Source: Ginglymostoma cirratum (lineage: Eukaryota). Taken from it: DNA of 64,000 bases. The DNA is taken from the NCBI GenBank assembly GCA_024137785.1, contig JAHRHZ010000022.1, positions 22,984,977 to 23,048,976 on the forward strand, written 5' to 3'. The position numbers were made by a program, and so were the translations under genes. Within the stretch, counting starts at the first letter, position 1. Each line of letters starts with the position of its first letter. The notes under the pieces are model-generated. The model did not search any database. It had not been told where the DNA came from and saw nothing but the letters and a program-made list of their open reading frames with translations. This document shows positions 1-13,190 of the stretch, piece after piece.

Positions 1-155
1 TAAGGTGAGTTAGAGGAGGTGCCAGCCTAAATACTAACACAGGCTCGCTGGTCCAAATGGCCTGTTTCTGCACTATAAAATGCACCATAATTTGATGTTG
101 TCAATTACAGGCATTAGATTTTAAGTTTCGGATGACTCACATTTCTTTCCTACAG

Positions 156-204
156 CTGGCAGAGAGAGAACCCTTTCACCCTACTTGTTTCGACTTGTTT
201 CAAA
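156..204 (+). CDS. Candidate internal coding exon (49 nt, phase 1 to 2) of an unidentified gene entering from the left: xGRERTLSPYLFRLVSK
   Basis: Acceptor gactcacatttctttcctacag and donor AAA|GTAAGT, both strong. Open frame that joins in phase to exon 4633-4683. Confidence 0.65.
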
Positions 205-954
205 GTAAGTTACAGAGATAAAAGCACCGTGTGCCAGCTGACTATGCCACATAAGTGATCATATTGTTTGAGTTTTTAAAGCAGTGGCAGAAATTCAAGC
301 CTAAGGCTGACTTGTATCTTTTCAAGTACACACATAAAAGATGCAGCTAATTAATGAATGGGAGATGCAGCATCTGACAATTGATCCCATGAGTGCTGAG
401 TTTCTCTATTAGCAAAGCAATGAGCTGGTCTTCATTGTCTAACCATTGCCAGAATGCTAATCGATAGAATGCCCAGCAGTATTACATGTGCATGGCTACA
501 AAATACAGTCAAAGTACTTTCATAAACTGAGATCTGAAAATTGAATGAAAATGCCCTAGCCTTCTGATTGCTTTTCTGGGTTCTATTATTGGCATTTTTC
601 AATTATACATCTGGCAGGAGATGCTGCAAGCAATCAGCTGAATGCCTTACACACTTTTTGCTGCCAACGAACAAGTTACAATCAATTACCTATGGCTTAA
701 TGACTGTGAGCAGAGGAACATGCAGCTAAGTCTGCAATGAATGGAGTCTAAGGCTAAAACACTGAAACATGCAGCTGTGAGCATTGTACTTTCTTACTCT
801 ACATCTGTCACTTGTTAGTGAGAAGGAGGGAATGAAAAAAGGAAGCAGGTTCACTGACTCCATCAAAATTGGTTGTGCCTGCTTATGGTGTGAGGGAGTC
901 CTGGCTCTGACACCTTTTCTCCCCATTACAAGATACTCTCTTCCTATGTTCACA

Positions 955-1135
955 TTCATATCCTTTATATAAATGATGAAAAGCAGTGGACCCAGCACCC
1001 CTCCCTGTGGCACACCGCTGGTCACAGGCCTCCAGTCTGAAAAGCAACCCTCCACCACCACCCTCTGTCTCCTACCTTTGAGCCAGTTCTGTATCCAAAT
1101 GACTAGTTCTGCCTGTATTCTATGTGATCTGCTGA
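955..1135 (-). mobile_element. CR1 LINE reverse transcriptase fragment
   Basis: Translates [31 protein letters not shown], the CR1 RT GVPQG motif. Confidence 0.9.
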
Positions 1136-1689
1136 CAGGGAAGGCAAGCTGCCTGATTGTGTGAAAGTGCTAAGAGACAATGAAAGCCAGGGCAGGGATG
1201 CTGTGAGCATGCAGGTAGGTGCTAAGTGAGTGAAAGCTAAGGGAGCCAACAAACAGCCCTGCGATGCAGCCTGGTCCCAGCCATGAGCTGGGTGTCTGTT
1301 CCTGCTGCAGCCTTTCAAATGTGAGGAGCTGGTGCACCCAACAATGCAAGTCTGAGTGCCCTGCCAGTGTATCTGAGAGGTGCCAGGATGGCAAATGCCA
1401 ATGTTATTGGTTGAGGGATGAGTGAGCTTGGTGCTTGGGGGTCATGCCTTGAGCTGCAGTTTGGTCGTACACAGCACGGAGGTCCTTCAGCGTAAGCAGC
1501 GAGCTGAATCAGAGGAACCCCCTCTGATTTCCATTTCAGTGTGTAGTTTGTGTGGTAAGGTAGGAAGCCGGATAGTGTTGAAGTGAGTTGGGCTGTTTAC
1601 AAGACTTCTAAAAAGGAACAATTTCCCTCACTCAGCAACTCGCTGCTGCAGAGGGTGAAACTCACCCACCACAGCATTTCTTAAAAGCA

Positions 1690-1790
1690 GCTGTAGTGTT
1701 CCTACCTCTCAGCAAAAGACCTGGTTCAAGTCCCACTCTGCTCCAGAGATAAGTAATAACATCCCGAATCAGACTGATTTAAAAAAGAAA
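1690..1790 (+). mobile_element. Short tRNA-derived SINE-like element
   Basis: B-box-like ggttcaagtccc; similar to 37254-37370 and 30810-30925. Confidence 0.55.
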
Positions 1791-1959
1791 TCAAAAAGCA
1801 ACAGCAAGATTTCTCCAGTGCCTAATAGGCCTCACTGGTCTTCTCTCCTGATTCTGACACAGATCTCACCACTGCCCACGTCTCTCAGACCCCTTTCAGA
1901 TTCTGCCCTTGGTTCATCTTTGACCCTAACTCCACTTTCCAGGCTCTTCCAATGTCCCT

Positions 1960-2830
1960 TGATCTCTGAGAGGTCAGACATCAGTCCGTCCCAGCCTTAA
2001 ATATATTCATCCACAATCCCCTGGGGTATGCATTTCCAAAAATTCACAACACCCTAGGCAATGAAATTATTCCCTCTTTCAGTTCTAATTGATCGGCATC
2101 TTATCCTGAGACTGTGCCACTATGTTTTAGATTCCCCAGGCAATAAACCTTTGTGTCTTCCCTCTTTTGCATGTTACAATGAGATCACCTCTCATTCTTC
2201 AGAACTCCAGATATCGTAAGCCCAATTCACTTTCGTTATGGCATTGCTTCCTCATTCCAGAGACTAAGCTGAGTCAAGTATGTTCTTTCTTAAATTTGGA
2301 GGCTAAAGCTGTAGTACAAGGGGTTAAGGCTGACTGTTGCTAATGAGATAGCATACGTCAATTCAGGAAGAGATGCAATGTCACACAAATTTTTTGCAGC
2401 CCTCATGATAAAGAAAAATTACAGTAAAATAGCTCTTATGTAAAAGTTAATGTTTTCCTACCTCAGCAGAATCTGTAAATATTCTTTAGCAGTTCAACAA
2501 GACCAGGAATATTAAATACTAAAGGTGTGGTCTCATTAAATCTCTGGACTACAGTAGCAAGATTTCTTTATTCCTTGACTCCTAATATCTCTCAATAAAA
2601 TAAAAATGCTATTTGCTTTCCTAATTGCTTGCTTGACTTACTTGTTAACTTTCTGCATTTTTTGGACAAGTACATCTAAGTTGCTCTAAGCATGGACATT
2701 TACAAATTTCACGCTTTGTAAGACATATTCAGCTTTTCCATTCTTGCTAACAAAGTGATTAACCATTCACCTTCAGATATTCATATATTTTATTTGCCTC
2801 CATGTTGGCGACTTATTTAACCAGTCTATA
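1960..2830 (-). mobile_element. Old CR1 LINE 3' fragment, interrupted at about 2318-2518
   Basis: Antisense to CR1 RT C-terminus and 3' end (gagatcacctctcattcttc, ggtgtggtctca). Confidence 0.7.
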
Positions 2831-3809
2831 AATTGAAAAAGCTGAGGAAAGAGTCAAAGTTTGAGAGACAGATATGGACTGAGAAAGGTAATGCAGTATT
2901 TGTAATACAGACATTAAACAGAGAAAATTAAACAACCATTAAACTGAGAAATAGAAAAAGAGAGGCATAGACATGAACAGGAAACAAATAGGAGAGATAG
3001 AATAAGACATAGACAAAATAAGAGTCTGTATATTTCAAGATTAGAATGTTCTAGTGTTTTTAAGTGTGGAAGCATTCCAGCATTGTATTAAAGATTTGTC
3101 TGCTTAGGTTCTTGTTTGAAACAGATTAAAACCCTCTTGTTTTGTTTTCTCATGTCTAATACCAACTGCCCTCTAAATATGAAGCATGCTGATGATTTCC
3201 ATGCTGCCAATATCAGTAATTAGGTGTGCTTTATGTGTAAATTGTTACTTGAAAGATACTCTATCAACCTTTTTCCATTATAAATCCCAGCAGGGTTGAA
3301 TTAAAGAAGTCCCTCCGGTCACTGCCACCTGTCTGTGTATTACATAGCCATTCTTTCTCACTGCTATGCAATTGGCCACAGATTCTGTTATCACTGCTGC
3401 ATCTGAAGGCCATGAAATTCTTTAAGGGATGATTGTTTAAGCCATTTGACTTTATGCACGGCCTAGATGTGCACCAGGATGCCTCAAGGGCCACATGCAA
3501 GGTTTAAAGCCACATTTGCAATAGTAGCGATGTCAATAATTCTTTCTGATCCTCCTGGCTTGTCAAAATCATGCAGAACAAACCCATGAATGAGAAATGC
3601 ATATGGATAAATAAAAAGCAGTTGTGAGTTTCTTGGTACAGGCATAATGCGCTGAGTTTTTCTGTGTTCTGTTGTTCAATGATTGTAGACCCGCAACTGC
3701 AAGGACTTGAAGCTGGACATGGACCTCAAGCCACCACGAGACAGTGTCCTTGCTGCATTTATACAGCATGTCTGATGTTGTAAAATATCCCAGCTCACTT
3801 CATACATCA

Positions 3810-4545
3810 ATTATCCAACAAAATGCAACACAAGCCACATAAAGAGAAGTTAGTTCAGATGACCAAGTGCTTGATCAAGAGACAGATTTTAAGGAGTGAG
3901 AGAGAGTTTGAGAAGTTTAGAGAGACAATTCTAAAGCTTAGGCTGAGGCAACAGGAGACATGACAATCAATGGTAGAGCAAACAACACTCAAGAAGCTGA
4001 ACATCACCCAGAAAAAAGCAGCCTGTTTGATTGGCATTACATCCATAAGCGTTCACTCCCTCCACCACTGACGCTCAGTAGCAGCACTGTCTAAATATCT
4101 ACAAGATGCACTGCAGAAATTCACCAAAGATCCTCGGACAGCACCTTCCAAACCCACGATCACTTCCATCTAGAAGGACAAGGGCATCAGACATATGGGA
4201 ACACCAGCACCTTCAAGTTCCCCTCCAAGTCACTCACCATCCTGATTTGGAAATATATCGCCGTTCCTTCACTGTCACTGGTCAAAATCCTGGAATTCCC
4301 TCCCTAATAGCATTGTGGGCCAACCCACAGCAGGAGGACTGCAGCGGTTCAAGAAGGTAGCTCATCACCACCTTCTCAAGGGCAACTAGGGATGGGCAAG
4401 AAATGCTGGCCCAGCCAGCGACGCCCACCTCCCAATGAATAGAAAAAAAAAAACAAAGTAGGGAGAGGCAAAGGGCCAGAATTGAAAATGCTCAGTGATC
4501 TCAAATTGGGTTATTGAAGATTGTAGAAAAAGGGAGGAATACATC
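3810..4545 (-). mobile_element. L2 LINE 3' tail remnant, split by the LINE at 3983-4455
   Basis: Antisense similarity to the L2 tail at 38780-39245 on both sides of the insertion. Confidence 0.5.
3983..4455 (+). mobile_element. Non-LTR retrotransposon 3' end (CR1/L2/Crack-type shark family)
   Basis: Translates TLKKL..QKKAACLIG...SLHH*RSVAA...MHCRNSPKILGQHLPNPR; ends in an A-rich tail; homologous to 12690-13190. Confidence 0.85.
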
Positions 4546-4632
4546 TTCACTTTAAAGTAATAGAGCGCCACAACCACAAAAATGGTCCATTGACTAGCAC
4601 AAATGTTGTAACTTTAACTTTGTACATTTCAG

Positions 4633-4683
4633 ATCTGCAAGACAAGATCTGAAATTCCAAGCATTACAAAAATATATTGAGGG
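4633..4683 (+). CDS. Candidate internal coding exon (51 nt, phase 2 to 2): SARQDLKFQALQKYIEG
   Basis: Acceptor ctttaactttgtacatttcag and donor GGG|GTGAGT. Frame-preserving length; open in the frame carried from exon 156-204. Confidence 0.65.
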
Positions 4684-6529
4684 GTGAGTTTTGAAGTGTG
4701 CTTGGCAGACCTTCTGTTTAATCAGATATAATGTCCATGTAACACACTGTACATCTCAATTGTTCCAAATCCGAGTACTTCCCCTGAACTAAGTTTTATA
4801 TGAAAGGTATCATCACCTTAAGAAGCGACAGGGAAGATTTTATCCTCCCTTTAATAAATGTGTGACATAGAGAAGATACATTTACTTCAGGAAAAAAAGA
4901 GGCTCCACTGAACATGTCATTGTGCTACTGACACATGATGCCATCATTATCTTTTAAAATCTGATGGTAACCAAATGTATGGAATATACAAAGGAATGGA
5001 TAGAAAACATTCAACCAATCTAGCCCACTCCACTACCGAATTAGATCATGGCTGAGGTGTAATGTAACTCCATCTGACCAGTTTGCTTCCACAATCCTTA
5101 ACTCCTTTGCTGACAAAGCTCCAGAGGGGTAAGTGCTTGGTAGCTGTCAAAGCAACTCTTGTTACATTTGAGAGAATTGATCAGAAACCAAAAGATAATG
5201 TAAGAAGTACTAAAAGTTGACACAGTAAAACAGGTAATTATGAAAGCAAGAAGAATCTGATTGAGAGCCGTAGACAGAACAGAGACCGGGTAGGGGAAGT
5301 TATTTATAAGGAAGGTTCATTTATAGGAACAAAGCCCTCTTCACAGCTTGTCATTGTGCTCTCCCACAATGCAGCATGTGGTAAAATTGCCAAGAAAGAC
5401 AGTTATTTCCATCCCTAAAGGAAAACTGGCATCCAGTTTAAATTGGAACCTGCACTAGCAAATGTATTTTCATTGATGAAAGTGCATCACCTTTACCTAT
5501 AACTAACATCAAACTGTTGCAAATCCACTAATATCATGCAGGATTTACATGGAATTTTATGGAGAACCTGTGGACAATCTCATGGTCAGGTACAACCATC
5601 ACTCCCTGTACTGGGATAGTTTGTGCATTGAATTTTAATGATCACTGGCAAAGTGAGAGAGTTAAATCCAATGAATGATTGAGTGCAGACACTGTGCCAA
5701 TATAGATATTAAACAATGAGAATGATGTGTGGCAATACAATATGGAATTTATTGTCACATGAAGTATGTTAATGCCTGTCTCTCATTCACTGATGGATGC
5801 ATCAGGGAAGGGCAATGAATTGTGTCAATTTTTTTTTGTCCGTGCAATGAAAACTTTCATTGGATGTGGAATTTCCTATTGTTCCTGCACCCAGTCAAAA
5901 GTAAATACAAAAACAAAAGCTTTTGCATGATTTTAAACAGTGACATCAATAGTTTGAAATACATTTTCTGGCTCATTTCCAACCTTATAACAAAACAATC
6001 ATTAAGAATTTATTTGAAATGATTCTTCTGGATATTACATGAGAAGTAATGCTGTATTCTGAAACTGAACAAGTATTTCAGAACTGAAGGGGTCAAAAGG
6101 TCATTAACAAGTGACTAGACAGATAGATTGACCAGGACATGTGTCAAGGCTTCTTTTACACTGGACAGTGAAGTCTGTGACTGGATAATTCTCATTATAG
6201 CCAAGAGGTGTCTAATATGTTTACAACTGTGTACTTGTCAGTTTCTGTGATTATAGAAAGGTATGGCTTGATATTAATTCTAAAGAATCTCAACTCAATA
6301 AAATGGTCCCACCTTCTAACTTCAAGGTACTACTTGCTTTATTTATAGAATCATTGAATCAAACAATAATTTGCATTTATATATTACCTTGAACATTGCA
6401 AAACATCCAAAGTCATTTCATATTAAACGATTTTGACACTGAAGCACATGAGATACTATGACAGGTAACTGAAAGTTTGGTTAAAGAGCTAGATCTTAAG
6501 GAGAGATCCCAAAGAGGGAGAAAGGCAGA

Positions 6530-6900
6530 GAGCACCAGGAGAAGCCATTTGGCCTTTAATGCCTGTGCCTCCCCCTTACTTTTATTTCCATTGCCCAATC
6601 AATTTTTCTTCCTCAAGTATTTATTCAATTCCACCTTGGAATTTACTATTAATCCTTCTTTCACCAGTCAGCCAGTGGATTCCAAATTAGTACAACACCA
6701 TGTGAAAAGAAATTTTTTCCTCATTTCCGCTCTGGTTCTGTTGCTATCTTAGTTACTATACCTGCTGCTGCCAATGGGAGTCAAATTTCCATCTACTTTC
6801 CACAAAAATCCTCATTATTTTGAACAGCAGTATTAAATCTCCTGCTAACTTTCTCTGCTCTAAGGAGAATAATCACAGCGTTTCCTTGTCTCTTCACATA
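6530..6900 (-). mobile_element. Old CR1 LINE 3' fragment
   Basis: Antisense CR1 3' motifs (gccatttggcc, gtgaaaagaaattttt, ttaaatctcct). Confidence 0.6.
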
Positions 6901-7060
6901 ACTAATTTAGTTTAATCACAGTTTGGAAACTAAATTGATGATCACTGCACCTCTCTGTAAAACATTTAAACTGATCAAGTAATTTGCAACTTCCCCAGCC
7001 AACTAGCACAATTGGTGGATCTGACCATACAGCAAATGAATAACCTTGTTTTAATTCCAG

Positions 7061-7091
7061 TACAATAACCCCTGTGTTCTGGGAAGAGTAG
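7061..7091 (+). CDS. Candidate terminal coding exon: (G)TITPVFWEE*
   Basis: Acceptor taaccttgttttaattccag; phase 2 join gives TAG at 7089-7091; AATAAA at 7176 and 7359. Alternative acceptors exist at 4891 and 9140. Confidence 0.45.
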
Positions 7092-7721
7092 TCAGCTGGG
7101 CATGGACAATCCTTACAATTGGAGAATTCTAAGAGATAGTGAATGGTGCCTGACATATCTGGGATTTGACTAAATAATAAAAGGTGGAGGAGAAAATAGA
7201 CACAGTACATTCTCAAGTACCTGTTGTTCTCTTAATGATTTCTTAATTTTTCACCAGTATTTTAATCACTATTTGTAATTGACAGACTGGGAGGGAGAGC
7301 CATTTCAGCTTCCCATAGTTCCTGTAAATCAAGTCCATGAAAACAAGAATGGAAAATCAATAAATCATTAGCACTATTGTGAGCCACAATCTCTAATTAG
7401 TTCAGTCTTTCCCTGGCTTAATGTAGACTCTGCTGCAATGATAAATTGTAATGGTGTTAGTAGCAGAAGACAAAAACCGATGAGTAACGACAAGTTAAAC
7501 AGCAATAACACAATACAACCATCGTGTGTCTTCGCTTAATCTTTGGCTATTTTAATTTGGCACAATAATGGTTCCAACTGAAGTCAGAAGATTGTATCAA
7601 TTATTAGGAGAAAAAGTGAAAAGAGCTCAGATTTTTCTGCCTAAGATACCCTTTCGCTTGTTGAAGAGCTTGCCCAATTTATCTCAGTTGGTAGCACTCT
7701 TGCCTTAGAGTCAGAAGTTTG

Positions 7722-8015
7722 GGGCAGCACGGTGGCTCAGTGCTGCCTCACAGTGCCAGGGACCCGGGTTCCGTTCCAGCCTCAGCAGATTGTCTGAGTG
7801 GAGTTTGCACATTCTCCCTGTGTCTGCGTGGGTTTCCTCTGGGTGCTCCAGTTTTGTCCCACAGTCGAAAGATGTGCAGGTGGACTGGCTCTGCCAAGGT
7901 GCCCATAGTGCCTAGGATGGGAAATGCAGGGGTGATTCTGGATAGGATGCTGTTCAGAGGGGCGGTGTGGACTCAATAGGCTGAATGGCCTGCTTCTACA
8001 CTGTAGGGATTCTAT
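7722..8015 (+). mobile_element. HE1-type V-SINE
   Basis: tRNA head, V-domain ttgcacattctccctgtgtctgcgtgggtttcc and CR1-like tail; 8-bp TSD gaagtttg at 7714-7721 and 8016-8023. Confidence 0.9.
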
Positions 8016-8225
8016 GAAGTTTGTAAATTTATCGTCCCATTCCCCAGGGTTAAGCACATGATCTATGCTGTCACTTTGGTGTAGAGTTGAAGGAGTGCTG
8101 CACTGTCAGGCATGTCATGTTTTACATACTGTACTACTTTGAAGTTCTGTCTGTCATCTCTGGTAGGCCTAATGCTTGTCCTTGAAGGGGAGCAAAAGAG
8201 TTCTCTCTAGCATCCCAAAATTTGC

Positions 8226-8530
8226 AGAATCATTGAACTCCTACAGTGTAGAAGCATGCTGTTCAGCCTATGGGGTCCACATGACCCTCCAAAGATCATC
8301 CTTACCCTATCCCTGCATTTCTCGTGGCTAATCCACCTTACCTACACATACCTGGGCACAATGGGCAATTTGGCATGGCCAATCTACCTCAGTAGGTAAC
8401 TGAAGCACCCAGCGGAAACCCACATAGACCCCAGGAGGATGTGTAAATGCCACACTGACAGTTGCCCGAGGCTGGAATCATATCCAGGTCCTGACACTGT
8501 GAGGTAGCAGTGCCAACCACTGAAACACTG
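8226..8530 (-). mobile_element. HE1-type V-SINE (older copy)
   Basis: Reverse complement of the HE1 copies at 18640 and 20574. Confidence 0.85.
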
Positions 8531-9277
8531 AGCTCTCTGTGCTTTTTGTGGGACCTTCCTGTGCGTGAATGAGCTGCTGCAGATGCCGATGTGAATGATG
8601 CTATATCAACGTAAGCTCATTCTTTCTTTGAAATGATCTTCTTTTAGCTTAACCTTGATCTGAACATCACAGATTCTTAACAAAGAAAATGAATCAAAGA
8701 CATCTCATGTAAATTCCTATGTTGAAGAGTCAATAAAATCATCTTCTTTAAGATCCAAAACCTGATGAACTTTTATCCCTCTGCAACATCTAATACCAAT
8801 AACCTGACTAGTTATTTCTTGTTGGTGGTGGAAGCTTGTTCCATTCAGTGACTAATGTTCAAAAATATGTTGTTAGTTGTAAAATATTTGGGACATTCTG
8901 CGGTCATAAAAAATATTACAAAAATGTTAGTCTTCTGATCTTTTTTCTTGTCACTATTTCTTCTGATATTAATTTAGGTTTCTGCCTTTAAGAAAGGGTG
9001 ACATCCTGTGAGGGAATAAGTAAAAAGATCACAAGTATGTTTACAAGCAAAGGCTTTCCATACGTAGCAAACAGATTATTCATTCCCCGGTGAGGGCTCT
9101 GGTTAATTCTTGACATCTTACATCTCTCTTTCCTTATAGGATAGCAAGTACTGTAATTAATATCATCCTCGTAATGCCTGAAGTCATTTCAGATTTCTCT
9201 GTTCAAATGACAGAGAGAAATATTTCAAATAAGTCAGTTAAAAATTTGCATAGTAATAACCAGCAGACATTTTCACC

Positions 9278-9990
9278 TTGAATGTTGCTGAACAAAGAGA
9301 CCTTGGGGTTCAGGCATATAATTCCCTGAAAGTGGAGTCACAAGTAGACAGGGTGGTGAAGAAGGCATTGGGTATGTTTGCCTTTATTAGTCAGTGCATT
9401 GAGTATAGGAGTTGGGAGGTCATGTTGCAGCTGTACAGGACATTGGTTAGGCCGCTATGAGAATACTGCATTCAATTCTGGCCTCCCTGCTATAGCAAGG
9501 ATGTTGTGAAACTTGAAAGGGTTCTGAATGCACTTACAAGGATGTTGCCAGGATTGGATGGTTTGAGCCATAGGGAGAGCTGAGGCTATTTTCCCTGGAA
9601 CATAGGAGGCTGAGGGGTGACCTTATAGAGGTTTATAAAATCATGAGGGGAATGGATAGGGTAAATTGACAAGGTCTTTTCCCTGAGGTGGGTGAGTCCA
9701 AAAATAGAGGGCATAGGCTTAAGTTGAGAGGGGAAAGATTTAAAAGGGACCTAAGGGACAACTTTTTCACGCAGAGGGTGGAGTGTGTATGGAATGAGCT
9801 GCCAGAGGAGGTGGTGGAGCCTGGTACCATTACAACATATAAAAGGCATCTGGATGGGTATATGAATAGGAAGGCTTGAGAGGGATATGGGCCAAATGCT
9901 GGCAAATGGGTCGAGAACAGTTTAGGATATCAGGTCGGCATGGACGAGTTGGACCAAAGGGCCTGTTTCCGTGTTGTACGTCTCTATGGC
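9278..9990 (+). mobile_element. CR1 LINE 3' fragment (relatively young)
   Basis: EQRDLGVQ...YRSWEVMLQLYRTLVRPL and RGHRLKLRGERFKRDLRDNFFTQRVECVWNELP, followed by the CR1 3' UTR. Confidence 0.95.
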
Positions 9991-10709
9991 TTCACTACAT
10001 TGCTTTCCACTTTGTTCTTTTTCTCTGCTGTAATATTTGTCATTACTGTTTCTGGACCAGATAATTTCACAAAGCCTCACTGTCTCTTGTCTTACTAGGT
10101 GATCCAATGCCAATGGGTCAGCAGTGATGCTTTGTTAACATTAACTGCTGTTAATGAATCACTAACATTTGTAATTATGGGATTTATTTTCAGTGAAGAT
10201 GTCAGAGTTGATTCCTTTCTCAGAAAATTCCTATTTCACTGGACTGTCCTGTATACGCTTTCAAACGCTCCCTCAAACGATGAAATATTAATGAAGTCAA
10301 ACTAAAAGCATTTCCTCCCTTGATTCATTCAGTAAAAGGAAATGATTTGTGAACATGATACTAAGCAATGTTTGGTCTCTTAGCTTAACTTTAGCCAATA
10401 GTATTGGTTTCTTATCCATAATATGCCAGCTGCCAGGCAATGAGATCTATTAAACAGTCTTCACATAATTACATTTGTAACAAAACACTTAAGCGCTGAT
10501 TATATTCTCAGATAATGTACAGTTACTGATGTCATTCATATCCTGAAGGAATCATACATTGGTCTGAAAGTTACACTCATAAATCTAGGACTTTCTAACC
10601 AGTCTTATTTGTCTTCATTCACTCTAATTACTCTCTGACACAATTAATTAATTAGCTGATTTTGCAGGTTAAGCCACATCCTCTCAACCACACTGGTGAA
10701 CAATGCAAG

Positions 10710-11000
10710 GAAGGAAAGAATGCACATTTATGAATGTACTTTTCATAACATCAGCACATGCCAAAACTCTTTACAACCAGTTAAGTACTTATGAAGTGTG
10801 ATCACTGTTGTAATGCAGGAAATACAATTTGCACATAAGACTGTCCCAAAAGTAATGACCAGACAAGATTCTTTTTAAGCAATGTTGGGTTAAGGGATAA
10901 ATATTGGACAGGCCATCTGGGAGTACTCTGCTTTCCTTTGAACTGTTGCCAAGTCATCTTTCACATCCACATGAGAGAACAAAGAGGAGGTTGAAGTTTT
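10710..11000 (-). mobile_element. SacSINE1-like DeuSINE fragment
   Basis: Antisense to the copy at 40000-40380 (gggataaatattgg, aagtactt..gaagtg). Confidence 0.7.
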
Positions 11001-12219
11001 CTCAGGATGTGGAGGTGGATTTTGGTGCACAAATGGCAAATTAGTTTTTTTTACAGGAAATCCAACTTTCCTCTACATCCCCAATCCTACCCTATCTTTC
11101 TGAGCCCCTTTTATGGGTCAGGACTGCCTAATATATAAAACACATCTGCCCCTGCAGAAGTCAGGTTCCCTATATTCCCTCCCTCACACCATTTCATCCA
11201 GTGATGTGGGCTTTTGGAAGCCCACTAAAAGCACACCAGGTTTGTGAGTTCATATAGAAATGGAAAGCCTGCTGAGGAGTCTGAAATATTCTCAAAGGAT
11301 GTGTAAAGTGTTTTCACATGTTCAAATGTCACTGTTTGGTACTGTAATGCACCCAATTTGTAAGAATAATGTATTGTTAATACAATGATTCATCACAGGG
11401 ATCTGGAGTTTAAAGGTAAATTGATCCTTACATTGACTGGCTTTGTGTATTTGTTCATATTAATTCTAGTAATTTTCCAACACAAATTGGAAACATATTG
11501 CTAATCACATTGAAAGTGTCGGCAGGATACAGACACTAGTCTGTGTTGCTGACACAACCAAAATGGAAAGATTTAGCCAAGAGAGTCAGCTTAACATTTC
11601 ATACGACAAACAATGCAGCATTCCCTCAGTGGAATATATAACTAAATTTTCCGCTAAGTTATCTACAGTGAACGTGAACCCACAATGTTCTGAGTCAGAA
11701 TGCTGCCATTGAGTCACATTTTATACCACTATATGAAAATGAATGTGATATGAAATAGATGAGGTACCTATTCTAGTTTCAGAGCCGATGAATTTCTATG
11801 AATGTCTGAAATCATCTTCTTATAACATATGAACTACAGGGTTAATTAATTGTGTCTGCACTTCCAGTAGGGAACTGACCTCAAAGGATACACCAGCCCT
11901 AGTTACTGTACAACCGCTATCATCACAACTCTCAAACTTGCACTTCCTTTAAATATGGACTTCCTCTGAAAATGCAGGATCAATGAGTTCCTCCTTTTTA
12001 AAAGATTTAAAGATTTTCCAGCAATCAAGTTGTCAGCTAGCAAAATCCCTGTTTCTCTGTGAATCTATAAGCATGTTATTTTATAAGTTCTTTAAAGAAT
12101 TTGAAAACGTATGTCAGGAGAAATGTGGTAGGGAGCAAATGTGTTTGATTCAGGAATTACCTAGTACACACGTGTCTTATAGTCAGTTGTAGATGCAGAT
12201 AATACCAAAAACATTTGGC

Positions 12220-13190
12220 TCAGGACACCACTGCAGAGACTCCTCAGGGGAATGTCCCAGGTCCAATGGCCATCAACTGCTTCATCAATGAACAAGATCA
12301 GTTATAAGACCAGCAGCAGAGATGTTCACTGATGATTGCATAATGTTCACTATCATTTACAATTCCTTAGATGTTGAGTTGCTCATGCCCGCATGCACCA
12401 AGACCAGGATAACTTTCACGCTCAAACTCTCAAGTAAGGTCAACACCACATGAATGCTAGACAAAGACCATCTTCAATGAGACAGAATCTAACCATCTCC
12501 TCTTGACCTTCAACGGAATTACCATCACCAAATCCTCCGCTGCTGGCATCCTGCAGTTTACCATTGGCCAGAAACTTAACTGGACCAGCCATATAAATAT
12601 GATGTCTACAACACCAAATGAGTGGCTAGGAATCCCGCAACAAGTAACTCACCTCCTGACTCCCCAAAACTAGCCCATCATCTTCAAGGCACAAGTCAGG
12701 AATGTGATGCAGTATTCTCCACTTGCCTAGATGAGTGCAGATCCCTCAATACTCAAGAAGCTTGATACCATCCAGAGTAAAGTAGGCTATCCATCAATTT
12801 AAACTTTCACTCTGTAAAGCATTGATGCATAGTTGGGTAACAGTATGTCCAACATTTATGAGATACACTTTAGCAACTCACTAAGGCTTCTCTGACAGCA
12901 CCTTTTAAACTTGAGATGTCTACCACCTAGAAGGACATGGACAGAAAAAGCATGGGAGCACCACCATCTTCAGGTTGTCCTCCACCATCCTGACTGGGAA
13001 TTATAGTGCCTTTCCATTCAATGGGACTGAGTCTAATACCTGGATTCTTTTCCTAACAGTATTGTGGGTCTATCTACACTAAATGAACTGCAATGGTTTA
13101 AGAAGGTGGCTCATCAACACCCTCTCCAGGGCATTTAGGATTGATGACAAATGCCAGCCTAACCAGTGATACTACCTCCCATGAAAGAAT
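12220..13190 (+). mobile_element. Non-LTR retrotransposon RT and 3' end (same family as 3983-4455)
   Basis: Decayed PQG (cctcagggg) and MFTDDC (FADD) motifs, then a 3' end homologous to 3983-4455. Confidence 0.85.

Larger units (their letters stand above)
7682..8630 (+). mobile_element. SacSINE1-like DeuSINE interrupted by two HE1 SINEs
   Basis: tRNA-like head (ctcagttggtagcactcttgcc), Deu-like core (ggagtgctgcactgtc) and tail (gctatatcaacgtaag...ttctttctttg). Confidence 0.65.

Noticed and set aside
1-10. AAG|GTGAGT donor-like site upstream of exon 156-204
   Set aside because: It lies in what looks like a CR1/HE1 3' tail (ccaaatggcctgtttctgcact at 53-74), so it is unlikely to be the real upstream exon end.
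170-200. LSPYLF resembles the L1 RT motif QGCPLSP.LF
   Set aside because: The QG part and all other RT motifs are absent, and the segment is bounded by canonical splice sites.
5119-5128. 10-nt microexon candidate (aag|CTCCAGAGGG|gtaagt)
   Set aside because: Weak acceptor at the edge of a CR1 tail remnant, and it would shift the frame.
7722-7790. tRNA-like sequences with A/B boxes (here and in other SINE heads)
   Set aside because: No complete cloverleaf; they continue into SINE cores and tails, so they are not tRNA genes.
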